From Macrostomum hystrix (lineage: Eukaryota; Animalia; Platyhelminthes): a stretch of DNA of 64,000 bases. Shown here piece by piece: positions 11,901 through 24,252 of the stretch (positions within the stretch are counted from its first letter, which is position 1; every line of letters begins with the position of its first letter). The DNA lies in NCBI GenBank assembly GCA_950097015.1, contig CATNEN010000029.1:4774001-4838000 (forward strand). Direction: 5' to 3'. The notes beneath the pieces were generated by a model. It made no database searches. It saw only the letters and a program-made list of their open reading frames with translations, and was not told the origin of the DNA. A program made the translations under genes and the position numbers.

Positions 11901-14900
11901 TTTGCTAGGTCTACACGAATTTTTTCTTTTTGTATTTTGTATTCAACATGAACATAGCTATTAATAACTTGTTCCTCATTATTTTCATTGCTATTTATAC
12001 CTGTTTCAACATCATGATCTACAACCATAGGCATAGGCCTAGGCTGCTCTGGGACTAACTCTTCTGGATCATTCATATTTACATCCCCTTCCTTCCTATG
12101 TGATCTTCTAGCATGAGCCCTTAATAAGTCTCAAAATAGTTTGGTCAAACACGTAGACAAATATGTATAACAAATATTAATTGTGTATACTTACAAGGAT
12201 GAGTAAAATAACAATTAATTAAAAATTATACAAATAATAATTTATTCTTTCATTCTCGTTTATTAAAAACAAATTTTTGTGCATTATTATCAACAAGGTG
12301 TTGCGTAAACTTGTTTTTGCCCAACAAATTGCTCAGAACCTCGAAAAAGTCATTTTAAAATGCTTAATCATGAAATTTTCAGCGTTTTACACGTCATCTA
12401 CTTCATTTCAATTAAGTTTTTTACGACTGGTTGGATTTCGCAAAACATACTTTTTACTGACTTACGGACCCTTAGGGTCCATCGTTACATACGGACCCCA
12501 CGCGGACCCCTGGAGTTTACAGTGTTCTCTTCAATTCTCTTTGTCTCTATCCTTCTCTTCAATTCTCTTTGTCATTATTCTTCTCTTCAGTTCTGTCATG
12601 AACAGTCATCCAGTCATTGTGTTTATTGGTTTAACGTAACCTAAAGAACAAGAGAATTGGCCCAGCTCATGCATGCAGTTGTAATTACTGCTCAAACAGG
12701 TGTTCCCATTCAGCTCCGAGTCCAAGCGCATGGGTGTTCTTGTGCGCGATGAGCATAGCGGCGATATTGCCTACTACACAAAGGGCGCCGACTCTGTGCT
12801 GGGACCGCTAGTGCAGCCGCTCGATTGGCTAGACGAAGAAGTGGCCAATCTGGCCAGGGAGGGCCTGCGCACTCTGCTAGTTGCTAGGCGGAGATTAACG
12901 CCGGAATTCTATCGCGATTGGAGCGCCCGCTACGAGCAGGCCGGCCTAGCCGTGCGCGATCGGGAACAGCGTCTTGAACAGGTGCGCCAGCAGCTTGACT
13001 CCGGCTTGGAGCTACTGTGCGTCACCGGAGTGGAGGACCGGCTAGCCGACGGTGTCCGGCGCTGCCTGGAGACACTGCGCGACGCCGGCGTTCGCGTCTG
13101 GATGCTGACTGGCGACAGACTTGAGACTGCCTGCTGCATAGCCAGGTATGGGCTACCTGTGACTTACTAGCCTTCAGACTGTGTGTCTGTACTATTGGTT
13201 ACCAATGGTAGCTGTAGGTCGAAAGGTAGAGACTTTAAATGCACAGAAGAATAGCCCTTTTTATTAAAATAGACTTGCTACTTGGGGGGAGACTTGCACA
13301 TTGGGAGGAAGGAAAATAAGCAGAAAATCAAATCTGCTGCGAGGTCGAATTACATTGGGGCACAGCAACAAAGATAATACTTTCGGGGGCTTATCATGCA
13401 ATGAAAGTCGGTCAGGTGTACTCACATGTGCGAGTTCGTGTCTGTGTGCGTGTGTGCTCTGAGTCATTAGATTGAGTGGCTCAAAATCGAATCGCTCAAA
13501 TATTTCCTAGATCGGCCCGACTGGTAGAACGCGGCGCAGGCCTGCACGTCTTCCAGCCCGGACTAGCTGGCTCAGTCGGCTGCGATCAGTCTGCATCGTC
13601 TGTGGCTGGCGCTTCTTCGGCGCCAGCCGGCGCTAGCGATGGCGCCGACCTGTTGGATCGAGAGCTGCGAGCGGCAGCTCGACGAGTGGAAGCCGGGCAG
13701 GTGCGCTGAGCATTTGACATTGCTTTCACTGTAACCTTGTGTTAGGAGGTTGAGGCCTTGTGGCTAGAGCGTCGAACTAACGACTTGAAGGTCGGGGATT
13801 CGATTCCCGACTCCACTGGAACAATTTGTTTCCTTTAGCAAGACGCTTAACTCTGCATTGCTTCAGTGCACCCAGCTGTTAAATGGGTACCAGCATTAGC
13901 TGGGGTCATTGAGAGTGGGTGTGACGTCAACCAGTCCATGGACTGAACAGCCGTACGCAGCCTTCAGCCCGTACTTACTTATAAAGTTGGTTAAAAAGTT
14001 CAATATCGCTAATCCTAATCGGGTGTGTGGCAGGCGCTGGCCCTAACCGGTGCCGCACTGGAGGCCGCTTTAGCCCAGGACGAGCGCATGTTTGCCCGCA
14101 TCGCCTGCCGAGCACCGGCGGTTGTTGTTAGCCGATGCTCGCCGAAGCAGAAGGCGGCCGTTGTCCGGCTGCTTCAGCGCCACACTGGCCGACGCTGCGC
14201 GGCTATCGGCGACGGAGGAAACGATGTGGCCATGATACAGGCAGGTCCTAGCTGCTCTGTCCTAGCAGGTCTTGCTTGCCTGTACTCATATTGTTCTCAG
14301 TAATCAGTTTCTCTACTGCATTGCAGGCAGCCGACTGTGGCCTCGGTATCGCTGGTCGTGAAGGCCGCCAAGCTTCACTAGCCGCCGATATCAGCGTTGC
14401 CAGATTCGAGCAGACCGCCCGGCTGCTGTTGGTGCACGGCCGGCGATGCTATCGGAACTCGGCCGTGCTAGCCCAGTTTGTAGTGCACCGCGGCCTGGCC
14501 ATATCGGCTATGCAGGCAGTTTTCTCGGCCGTGTTCTACTACGCCGCTGTGAGCCTGTTTCCCGGCGCTCTAATGGTCGGCTACGCCACAGTGTTTACCA
14601 ATTTTCCCGTCTTCTCACTTGTGCTGGATTGCGACGTGCCGGCCGCTACTGCCGAGAAATTTCCGGAGCTCTATCGCGAACTGCTCAAGGTTTGAGTACT
14701 ATGGGACCGCGTTGCTATGTTGCCCTTCTAATGACCAAATTTTTAGTTTCCTAGTAATCCAAATTATCCTTCTACCTAAATATCATTCTAAATCACCCAA
14801 ATGATCAATGAAGAAAAAATGTATCCCTCCTAATGACCTAAAACTGTATTCCTCCCAATAACCCAAAGATGTATCCCTCCCGATCACCCAAATTATTTCC

Positions 14901-17900
14901 CCTCTCAATCTTCTGTAACTGTTGCTCTGCTCCCATTAATCTGCAATTGTTGCTCTCCTCCCACTGATCTGCAATTGTTGCTCTCCTCCCATTGATCTGC
15001 AATTGTTGCTCTCCTCCCATTAATCTGCAATTGTTGCTCTCCTCCCACTGATCTGCAATTGTTGCTCTCCTCCCATTGATCTGTAATTGTTGCTCTCCTC
15101 CCATTAATCTGCAATTGTTGCTCTCCTCCCACTGATCTGCAATTGTTGCTCTCCTCCCATTAATCTGCAATTGTTGCTCTCCTCCCACTGATCTGCAATT
15201 GTAGCTCTGCTCCCACTGATCTGCAATTGTAGCTCTCCTCCCATTAATCTGCAATTGTTGCTCTCCTCCCACTGATCTGCAATTGTTGCTCTCCTCCCAC
15301 TGATCTGCAATTGTTGTTCTCCTCCCACTGATCTGCAATTGTTGCTCTCCTCCCACTGATCTGCAATTGTTGCTCTCCTCCCACTGATCTGCAATTGTTG
15401 CTCTCCTCCCACTGATCTGCAATTGTTGCTCTCCTCCCACTGATCTGCAATTGTTGCTCTCCTCCCACTGATCTGCAATTGTTGCTCTCCTCCCACTGAT
15501 CTGCAATTGTAGCTCTGCTCCCACTGATCTGCAATTGTAGCTCTGCTCCCACTGATCTGCAATTGTTGCTCTCCTCCCATTAATCTGCAATTGTTGCTCT
15601 CCTCCCACTGATCTGCAATTGTAGCTCTGCTCCCACTGATCTGCAATTGTAGCTCTGCTCCCAATGATCTGCAATTGTTGCTCTGCTCCCACTGATCTGC
15701 AATTGTAGCTCTGCTCCCACTGATCTGCAATTGTTGCTCTCCTCCCATTAATCTGCAATTGTTGCTCTCCTCCCACTGATCTGCAATTGTAGCTCTGCTC
15801 CCACTGATCTGCAATTGTAGCTCTCCTCCCACTGATCTGCAATTGTAGCTCTGCTCCCACTGATCTGCAATTGTTGCTCTCCTCCCACTGATCTGCAATT
15901 GTTGCTCTGCTCCCAATGATCTGCAATTGTTGCTCTGCTCCCACTGATCTGCAATTGTTGCTCTCCTCCCACTGATCTGCAATTGTTGCTCTCCTCCCAC
16001 TGATCTGCAATTGTAGCTCTGCTCCCACTGATCTGCAATTGTAGCTCTCCTCCCACTGATCTGCAATTGTAGCTCTCCTCCCATTAATCTGCAATTGTTG
16101 CTCTGCTCCCACTGATCTGCAATTGTTGCTCTCCTCCCACTGATCTGCAATTGTTGCTCTGCTCCCACTGATCTGCAATTGTTGCTCTCCTCCCACTGAT
16201 CTGCAATTGTTGCTCTCCTCCCACTGATCTGCAATTGTTGCTCTGCTCCCACTGATCTGCAATTGTTGCTCTCCTCCCACTGATCTGCAATTGTTGCTCT
16301 GCTCCCACTGATCTGCAATTGTAGCTCTCCTCCCACTGATCTGCAATTGTAGCTCTGCTCCCACTGATCTGCAATTGTTGCTCTCCTCCCACTGATCTGC
16401 AATTGTAGCTCTCCTCCCACTGATCTGCAATTGTTGCTCTGCTCCCACTGATCTGCAATTGTTGCTCTGCTCCCACTGATCTGCAATTGTAGCTCTGCTC
16501 CCACTGATCTGCAATTGTTGCTCTGCTCCCACTGATCTGCAATTGTAGCTCTCCTCCCACTGATCTGCAATTGTAGCTCTGCTCCCACTGATCTGCAATT
16601 GTTGCTCTCCTCCCACTGATCTGCAATTGTTGCTCTCCTCCCACTGATCTGCAATTGTAGCTCTGCTCCCACTGATCTGCAATTGTTGCTCTGCTCCCAC
16701 TGATCTGCAATTGTAGCTCTCCTCCCACTGATCTGCAATTGTAGCTCTGCTCCCACTGATCTGCAATTGTTGCTCTCCTCCCACTGATCTGCAATTGTTG
16801 CTCTCCTCCCACTGATCTGCAATTGTAGCTCTGCTCCCACTGATCTGCAATTGTTGCTCTCCTCCCACTGATCTGCAATTGTAGCTCTCCTCCCATTAAT
16901 CTGCAATTGTAGCTCTGCTCCCACTGATCTGCAATTGTAGCTCTCCTCCCATTAATCTGCAATTGTTGCTCTCCTCCCACTGATCTGCAATTGTAGCTCT
17001 GCTCCCACTGATCTGCAATTGTTGCTCTCCTCCCACTGATCTGCAATTGTTGCTCTGCTCCCACTGATCTGTAATTGTTGCTCTGCTCCCACTGATCTGC
17101 AATTGTAGCTCTCCTCCCACTGATCTGCAATTGTTGCTCTCCTCCCACTGATCTGCAATTGTAGCTCTGCTCCCACTGGTCTGCAATTGTTGCTCTCCTC
17201 CCACTGATTTGCAATTGTAGCTCTGCTCCCAATGATCTGCAATTGTTGCTCTCCTCCCACTGATCTGCAATTGTAGCTCTGCTCCCACTGGTCTGCAATT
17301 GTTGCTCTCCTCCCACTGATCTGCAATTGTAGCTCTCCTCCCAATGATCTGCAATTGTTGCTCTCCTCCCACTGATCTGCAATTGTTGCTCTCCTCCCAC
17401 TGATCTGCAATTGTAGCTCTGCTCCCAATGGTCTGCAATTGTTGCTCTCCTCCCACTGATCTGCAATTGTTGCTCTGCTCCCAATGATCTGCAATTGTTG
17501 CTCTGCTCCCACTGATCTGCAATTGTTGCTCTGCTCCCACTGATCTGCAATTGTTGCTCTGCTCCCACTGATCTGCAATTGTTGCTCTGCTCCCACTGAT
17601 CTGCAATTGTTGCTCTGCTCCCACTGATCTGCAATTGTTGCTCTCCTCCCACTGATCTGCAATTGTTGCTCTGCTCCCACTGATCTGCAATTGTTGCTCT
17701 GCTCCCACTGATCTGCAATTGTTGCTCTCCTCCCACTGATCTGCAATTGTTGCTCTGCTCCCACTGATCTGCAATTGTTGCTCTCCTCCCACTGATCTGC
17801 AATTGTTGCTCTCCTCCCAATGATCTGCAATTGTTGCTCTCCTCCCACTGATCTGCAATTGTTGCTCTCCTCCCACTGATCTGCAATTGTAGCTCTGCTC

Positions 17901-20900
17901 CCACTGGTCTGCAATTGTTGCTCTCCTCCCACTGATCTGCAATTGTAGCTCTCCTCCCAATGATCTGCAATTGTTGCTCTCCTCCCACTGATCTGCAATT
18001 GTTGCTCTCCTCCCACTGATCTGCAATTGTTGCTCTCCTCCCACTGATCTGCAATTGTAGCTCTGCTCCCAATGGTCTGCAATTGTTGCTCTCCTCCCAC
18101 TGATCTGCAATTGTTGCTCTGCTCCCAATGATCTGCAATTGTTGCTCTGCTCCCACTGATCTGCAATTGTTGCTCTCCTCCCACTGATCTGCAATTGTTG
18201 CTCTGCTCCCACTGATCTGCAATTGTTGCTCTGCTCCCACTGATCTGCAATTGTTGCTCTGCTCCCACTGATCTGCAATTGTTGCTCTGCTCCCACTGAT
18301 CTGCAATTGTTGCTCTCCTCCCACTGATCTGCAATTGTTGCTCTGCTCCCACTGATCTGCAATTGTTGCTCTGCTCCCACTGATCTGCAATTGTTGCTCT
18401 CCTCCCACTGATCTGCAATTGTTGCTCTCCTCCCACTGATCTGCAATTGTTGCTCTGCTCCCACTGATCTGCAATTGTTGCTCTCCTCCCACTGATCTGC
18501 AATTGTTGCTCTGCTCCCACTGATCTGCAATTGTTGCTCTGCTCCCACTGATCTGCAATTGTTGCTCTCCTCCCACTGATCTGCAATTGTTGCTCTGCTC
18601 CCACTGATCTGCAATTGTTGCTCTCCTCCCACTGATCTGCAATTGTTGCTCTCCTCCCAATGATCTGCAATTGTTGCTCTCCTCCCACTGATCTGCAATT
18701 GTTGCTCTCCTCCCACTGATCTGCAATTGTTGCTCTGCTCCCACTGGTCTGCAATTGTTGCTCTCCTCCCACTGATTTGCAATTGTAGCTCTGCTCCCAA
18801 TGATCTGCAATTGTTGCTCTCCTCCCACTGATCTGCAATTGTAGCTCTGCTCCCACTGGTCTGCAATTGTTGCTCTCCTCCCACTGATCTGCAATTGTAG
18901 CTCTCCTCCCAATGATCTGCAATTGTTGCTCTCCTCCCACTGATCTGCAATTGTTGCTCTCCTCCCACTGATCTGCAATTGTAGCTCTGCTCCCAATGGT
19001 CTGCAATTGTTGCTCTCCTCCCACTGATCTGCAATTGTTGCTCTGCTCCCAATGATCTGCAATTGTTGCTCTGCTCCCACTGATCTGCAATTGTTGCTCT
19101 GCTCCCACTGATCTGCAATTGTTGCTCTGCTCCCACTGATCTGCAATTGTTGCTCTGCTCCCACTGATCTGCAATTGTTGCTCTGCTCCCACTGATCTGC
19201 AATTGTTGCTCTCCTCCCACTGATCTGCAATTGTTGCTCTGCTCCCACTGATCTGCAATTGTTGCTCTGCTCCCACTGATCTGCAATTGTTGCTCTCCTC
19301 CCACTGATCTGCAATTGTTGCTCTGCTCCCACTGATCTGCAATTGTTGCTCTCCTCCCACTGATCTGCAATTGTTGCTCTCCTCCCAATGATCTGCAATT
19401 GTTGCTCTCCTCCCACTGATCTGCAATTGTTGCTCTCCTCCCACTGATCTGCAATTGTAGCTCTGCTCCCACTGGTCTGCAATTGTTGCTCTCCTCCCAC
19501 TGATCTGCAATTGTAGCTCTCCTCCCAATGATCTGCAATTGTTGCTCTCCTCCCACTGATCTGCAATTGTTGCTCTCCTCCCACTGATCTGCAATTGTTG
19601 CTCTCCTCCCACTGATCTGCAATTGTAGCTCTGCTCCCAATGGTCTGCAATTGTTGCTCTCCTCCCACTGATCTGCAATTGTTGCTCTGCTCCCAATGAT
19701 CTGCAATTGTTGCTCTGCTCCCACTGATCTGCAATTGTTGCTCTCCTCCCACTGATCTGCAATTGTTGCTCTGCTCCCACTGATCTGCAATTGTTGCTCT
19801 GCTCCCACTGATCTGCAATTGTTGCTCTGCTCCCACTGATCTGCAATTGTTGCTCTGCTCCCACTGATCTGCAATTGTTGCTCTCCTCCCACTGATCTGC
19901 AATTGTTGCTCTGCTCCCACTGATCTGCAATTGTTGCTCTGCTCCCACTGATCTGCAATTGTTGCTCTCCTCCCACTGATCTGCAATTGTTGCTCTCCTC
20001 CCACTGATCTGCAATTGTTGCTCTGCTCCCACTGATCTGCAATTGTTGCTCTCCTCCCACTGATCTGCAATTGTTGCTCTGCTCCCACTGATCTGCAATT
20101 GTTGCTCTGCTCCCACTGATCTGCAATTGTTGCTCTCCTCCCACTGATCTGCAATTGTTGCTCTGCTCCCACTGATCTGCAATTGTTGCTCTCCTCCCAC
20201 TGATCTGCAATTGTTGCTCTCCTCCCAATGATCTGCAATTGTTGCTCTCCTCCCACTGATCTGCAATTGTTGCTCTCCTCCCACTGATCTGCAATTGTAG
20301 CTCTGCTCCCACTGGTCTGCAATTGTTGCTCTCCTCCCACTGATCTGCAATTGTAGCTCTCCTCCCAATGATCTGCAATTGTTGCTCTCCTCCCACTGAT
20401 CTGCAATTGTTGCTCTCCTCCCACTGATCTGCAATTGTTGCTCTCCTCCCACTGATCTGCAATTGTAGCTCTGCTCCCAATGGTCTGCAATTGTTGCTCT
20501 CCTCCCACTGATCTGCAATTGTTGCTCTGCTCCCAATGATCTGCAATTGTTGCTCTGCTCCCACTGATCTGCAATTGTTGCTCTCCTCCCACTGATCTGC
20601 AATTGTTGCTCTGCTCCCACTGATCTGCAATTGTTGCTCTGCTCCCACTGATCTGCAATTGTTGCTCTGCTCCCACTGATCTGCAATTGTTGCTCTGCTC
20701 CCACTGATCTGCAATTGTTGCTCTCCTCCCACTGATCTGCAATTGTTGCTCTGCTCCCACTGATCTGCAATTGTTGCTCTGCTCCCACTGATCTGCAATT
20801 GTTGCTCTCCTCCCACTGATCTGCAATTGTTGCTCTCCTCCCACTGATCTGCAATTGTTGCTCTGCTCCCACTGATCTGCAATTGTTGCTCTCCTCCCAC

Positions 20901-21789
20901 TGATCTGCAATTGTTGCTCTCCTCCCACTGATCTGCAATTGTTGCTCTGCTCCCACTGATCTGCAATTGTTGCTCTGCTCCCACTGATCTGCAATTGTTG
21001 CTCTCCTCCCACTGATCTGCAATTGTTGCTCTGCTCCCAATGATCTGCAATTGTAGCTCTGCTCCCACTGATCTGCAATTGTTGCTCTCCTCCCACTGAT
21101 CTGCAATTGATCTGCAATCTCATACATCCATATGTTTGTTCATGTCTACATGTGGATGTATGCGAGTATAATATGCGCAGTTGAAGTGTCTGTATGCGTG
21201 CGTTAGTCTCTTGGATGTTTTCAGCGAATTGGTTCGTCGTATTATTTCAGAGTTAATTAAAATTGTGATGTTAATTAATATTTTTCAGGGTCGCGAACTA
21301 TCAGCCAAGACTCTGTGGGTGTGGACGGCTGTGTCTTTGTATCAGGGCGGCGTCATCATGTACGGCTCTCTGTGGCTGTTCGAAACTTCATTCCTGCGCA
21401 TTGTCAGCATAGCATTCACCGCCATTGTGCTCAACGAATTACTCATGGTTGCCTGCATTGTGCGCACCTGGCACTGGCTAATGTCCGTTGCGGAGTTGTT
21501 GAGTCTACTCTGCTACTTACTGGCTGTGGTTGTGCTGCCAAAATATTTCGGTTTGTCTTCGTTATCTTTGCTATCTTGTCTATATAGCTTTCTATCGAAT
21601 GAAAGAATAAAACAACTCTTCATATTTCCAGATCCCAGCTTCATTTTGACGCTAGGCTTTCTGTGGAAGGTGGCCGTTATTACAGCAATCAGCGCCATAC
21701 CAGTCTTTATTATCAAATTTGTGCGTTATTACATGCGACCGCCAATATCGCGCAAGCTGCAATCGTGGGTCAACTCATTTATTTTCTAA
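5964..21789 (+). CDS. ATP9: P4-ATPase (phospholipid flippase), ATP9/Neo1 class; 5' exon not located
   Basis: Exons with GT-AG borders and consistent phases: 5964-6543, 6747-7162, 7261-7426, 7500-7898, 12700-13145, 13511-13700, 14034-14244, 14331-14689, 21289-21550, 21632-21789. Motifs: [16 protein letters not shown] (P4 DGET), DKTGTLT, QASSPDE, WMLTGD, RCSPKQK, IGDGGND. Confidence 0.93.
8205..8584. repeat. 28-bp pyrimidine-rich minisatellite, continued at 12525-12595 beyond a transposon insertion
   Basis: Unit TTCTCTTGGTCATTATCCTTCTCTTCA(A/G); the same unit resumes at 12525. Confidence 0.9.
8585..12524 (-). mobile_element. CACTA/EnSpm-like DNA transposon (~3.94 kb), no transposase seen, in ATP9 intron 4
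   Basis: TIRs CACTGTAAACTCCAGGGG (8585) and CCCCTGGAGTTTACAGTG (ends 12524); 2-bp TT duplication of the minisatellite target; subterminal GGTCCGA/CGGACC repeats at 8600-8860 and 12460-12510. Confidence 0.85.
9966..11696 (-). CDS. Transposon accessory protein with N-terminal CIDE-N-like domain (~575 aa; true start probably in an upstream exon near 12076)
   Basis: Uninterrupted ORF inside the TIR element. N-term [30 protein letters not shown]...[15 protein letters not shown]...ELFFLEPGQ; C-term [16 protein letters not shown] resembles EnSpm second-ORF (SAMD3-like) proteins. Confidence 0.7.
   Translation of the reverse strand, partial: LRTSNHDRSSKKLILASSLQDLLVQGCSKLGIVAVEDVRILTSDGFDVDASEFLPALSKAGTELFFLEPGQEILDAAAPGEGAKSGGVATRDRAATPYEAAMSGGVATPNRATMSSEAATSGVAGSPINAYLRSWPTIYSLPKMPDLESALKKLERDPRLGTDFMLKANFVNKFLNYIINDVFNNFKSKQDPYLYGKELQNLCIAIASTYPGLRDGSADGTFLWRQKIRRRFKEIRYKIQSECDSPTVQTMRQKFGRKKRAADATKSSISDSFTEEKNDSDEENVGPTGRKRRRVAAFEDDEDDEEDDEEVVQAKRQKVNCEDAESTATSTSMITKSVIFGDVLQECVPESNDTDRIRLNENYLTMEIEDVLSNMKCLFSERVLRCQNKTVEEELQLYKPLSVPRVLLQEAFLMIELYKSRRKADYVLPRTPEDIEQNVCGALRHVWQKRDTMKRYMYCKLYVNDCDDDDTVLMNGLCLLLGRLRINPEKLFDAELPIHIIREDSSWRGISVNGAVLRCDSIKDTVVAIAICSVSFNLQHVPCLEAFLETLEVLSKLRRRDAVSRAPAQSLIAVLC
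13754..13970 (+). mobile_element. tRNA-derived SINE, family A
   Basis: Box A TGGCTAGAGCG, box B GATTCGATTCC, conserved core GCAAGACGCTTAACTCTGCATTGC...CACCCAGCTGTTAAATGGGTACC. Related copies at 28285-28510 and 31580-31785 (minus). Confidence 0.8.
14910..21115. repeat. 28-bp minisatellite array (~6.2 kb, ~220 copies) in ATP9 intron 8
   Basis: Unit ACTGATCTGCAATTGTTGCTCTCCTCCC with recurring single-base variants and no spacers. Confidence 0.98.
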
Positions 21790-21813
21790 AGTTCTTTTTT
21801 TAACAAGGTTATT

Positions 21814-22362
21814 AGTGCAACCAATCAGCTGTTTAATAGTACAACCAATCAGCTGTTTAATAGTACAACCAATCAGCTGTTTAATAGTACAACCAATCAG
21901 CTGTTTAATAATACAACCAATCAGCTGTTTAATAGTGCAACTAATCAGCTGTTTAATAGTACAACCAATCAGCTGTTTAATAGTACAACCAATCAGCTTT
22001 TTAATAGTACAACCAATCAGCTGTTTAATAGTACAACCAATCAGCTGTTTAATAGTACAACCAATCAGCTGTTTAATAGTACAACCAATCAGCTGTTTAA
22101 TAGTACAACCAATCAGCTGTTTAATAGTACAACCAATCAGCTGTTTAATAGTACAAACAGTCAGCTGTTTAATAGTACAAACAGTCAGCTGTTTAATAGT
22201 ACAACCAATCAGCTGTTTAATAGTACAACCAATCAGCTGTTTAATAGTACAAACAGTCAGCTGTTTAATAGTACAACCAATCAGCTGTTTAATAGTACAA
22301 CCAATCAGCTGTTTAATAGTACAACCAATCGTCTGTTTAATTGTACAACCAATCAGCTGTTA
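21814..22362. repeat. 24-bp tandem repeat (~23 copies) just after the ATP9 stop codon
   Basis: Unit TACAACCAATCAGCTGTTTAATAG; an isolated ~1.5-unit copy lies at ~23878-23912. Confidence 0.95.
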
Positions 22363-24215
22363 ACAGTAGAAAGACTGCTATTTTCACATAGGGGCTCCGA
22401 CACTCCCGCCTGGTTTGAGCAAGCCGGTCGAACCCGGCGACCTATTGAGGCGAGACCCCTTCTGTCTTCTATGGTGGACACTAGCGGGAGCGGCGGAGAC
22501 TTTGAACAGCCTGACTCTCCGGCTGGCGCTGGGACGCCATTGATGATGACACTGCTTCAGAGTCGGACCTGACCTGCTCTCTATTCCATGCTGACTTGTG
22601 ATAAATCCCTGCAACGCGTGTTACGTATTTACATTATGCTGACTTGACGATTCTCAACAGTTTTTTGTCTGTTGCGTTCTCAAAGCATTCTTAGTTTGCA
22701 TAGAGTAATTGTTCTCATTCCTGATAACCAATCAATGGGCTATTTAGTGAGCTGATCTCATAGCCAATTATCTTCAATTTCTAATATTACAAACAAGAGA
22801 AAATTATAATCATCTGCAACACAGACATGATTGGATCTTGCTACTGGGGTAGTATATTGCGAACATAGTGAGTATTTTTGCTTCTTGTTGCCTTTTTTAG
22901 TTTTGTTGTTAAATCTGCAAGCTACGAGTAATGAAGAATACTGAGCCTACTCAGCTGCTAGTACATATACTTATTCGAGTTTGTGTCACTCAGTGTATGC
23001 AGCACCTGCCAGTATTTATTATTTCAGCACTTGAATCGAGAATTTCTTATTACCTAGATGTTTTCTTCTTCAAGATTGGTTCGGTGTATGCTTTTCTTTT
23101 TAGTTGTTTTTCGACCGTCTTCCCCGCTAAAAATAGGGATGTTTCTTTGGGTGATTCCAGTTGTAATCTGCGGTGTTTCGAGAAAAGAAACAGCCGAACG
23201 CTGGAAACATACCAATCGGATGATTCCATGCTTAGAATCTACGCAACTGGGCGTTTTCTCGGTGCTTCTTGGTGGCGAAATGGAATCACCCAAAGAATCC
23301 TCCAGTTCGGAAGATTCCATGCTCAGAAACCGCCGAGGAATCGCCCGTAAATAATTCTCTGGTTGTCCCATGGGCCACTGGTTCGGGTGATTCTTCGTCG
23401 GTTTCCGCACAATTTACGGTTACATCGGCTGCTTCCTGGGTGGTTTCTTTAACTCTTGCGAGATAGGGGGGATTTTGGTAGATTCCACTCCTATTTTGCA
23501 CAAAAAAACCGCCGAAAAAGCAGCCGAATTTTTTACAGGGTCCCCCGCTCGGCGCGCACCCTTGGCACACATGACTGCCTCGTCATGCAGACGGCTTAAC
23601 TGAAAAATTCGTTTTTGGTTCCGCATACAGTTTTTGTGTTAATTGATTTGTGTTTTTTCAGTGCAGCCATACAAATTGTTTGTCTTATTTATTTAGAAAT
23701 GTTTTTATTAATATATATATAAGTATAATTTTCTTTTTTATAGACCAATAGACTCCTTAGAACTTCGTTATGATCAGCTGGTAGGCGGGTAAACATGGTA
23801 TTTTTAGGCATTCTATTTTTAGAAACACTTTTTGGAAACAACTTTTTTAGTAAAGAGCTACTATATTGCAATAAGTCGGCTGTTTAATAGTACAACCAAT
23901 CCGCTGTTTAATGTGAATGTAAAATGTTAAATGTAACTGATAAATACTTACGAAGCCATTAAACAACAAAATCTGTGTTTTTCCCAAAATGCGAAGAATC
24001 TGACTGTTAGCTTAGCAATAGTTGGCACTTATCTATATTGATAATTGGTATTCCCTCCAATCCCAAGGTCAAACCCAGCCGCTAGCCAATGAGAGTCAAT
24101 TTTAGGGGAATCCGAAAAGCTAGCGAAGTTTAAAAGTGGAGTGATCTGAATGTGTCGTTAATTTTTATCTAGTCAAGTTAGTCATAGTGAGTATTTTGAT
24201 TATGAATCATAATGT

Positions 24216-24226
24216 TCTCTTCTGCA
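24216..24226 (+). promoter_or_regulatory. Pyrimidine tract (5'TOP/TCT-like start) upstream of RPL10
   Basis: TTCTCTTCT ~30 nt before the RPL10 ATG, as is typical of ribosomal-protein transcription starts. Confidence 0.5.
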
Positions 24227-24252
24227 CGGACCCGCAGCAACAGCGCTAAGCC

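Noticed and set aside
13754-13830. Possible tRNA genes here and at 43190-43262
   Set aside because: A/B boxes run into SINE bodies found in several copies, and I could not build a complete cloverleaf.
14241-14330. Possible GC-AG intron in ATP9
   Set aside because: A GCAG repeat lets the canonical GT-AG intron 14245-14330 give the same mRNA.
14838-21127. Very long minus-strand ORFs (up to 1679 aa)
   Set aside because: Artefacts of a 28-bp unit that lacks stops on that strand. They are open in all three frames and lie inside an ATP9 intron.
22384-23626. Several short ORFs between ATP9 and RPL10
   Set aside because: No recognisable motifs or consistent exon chain.
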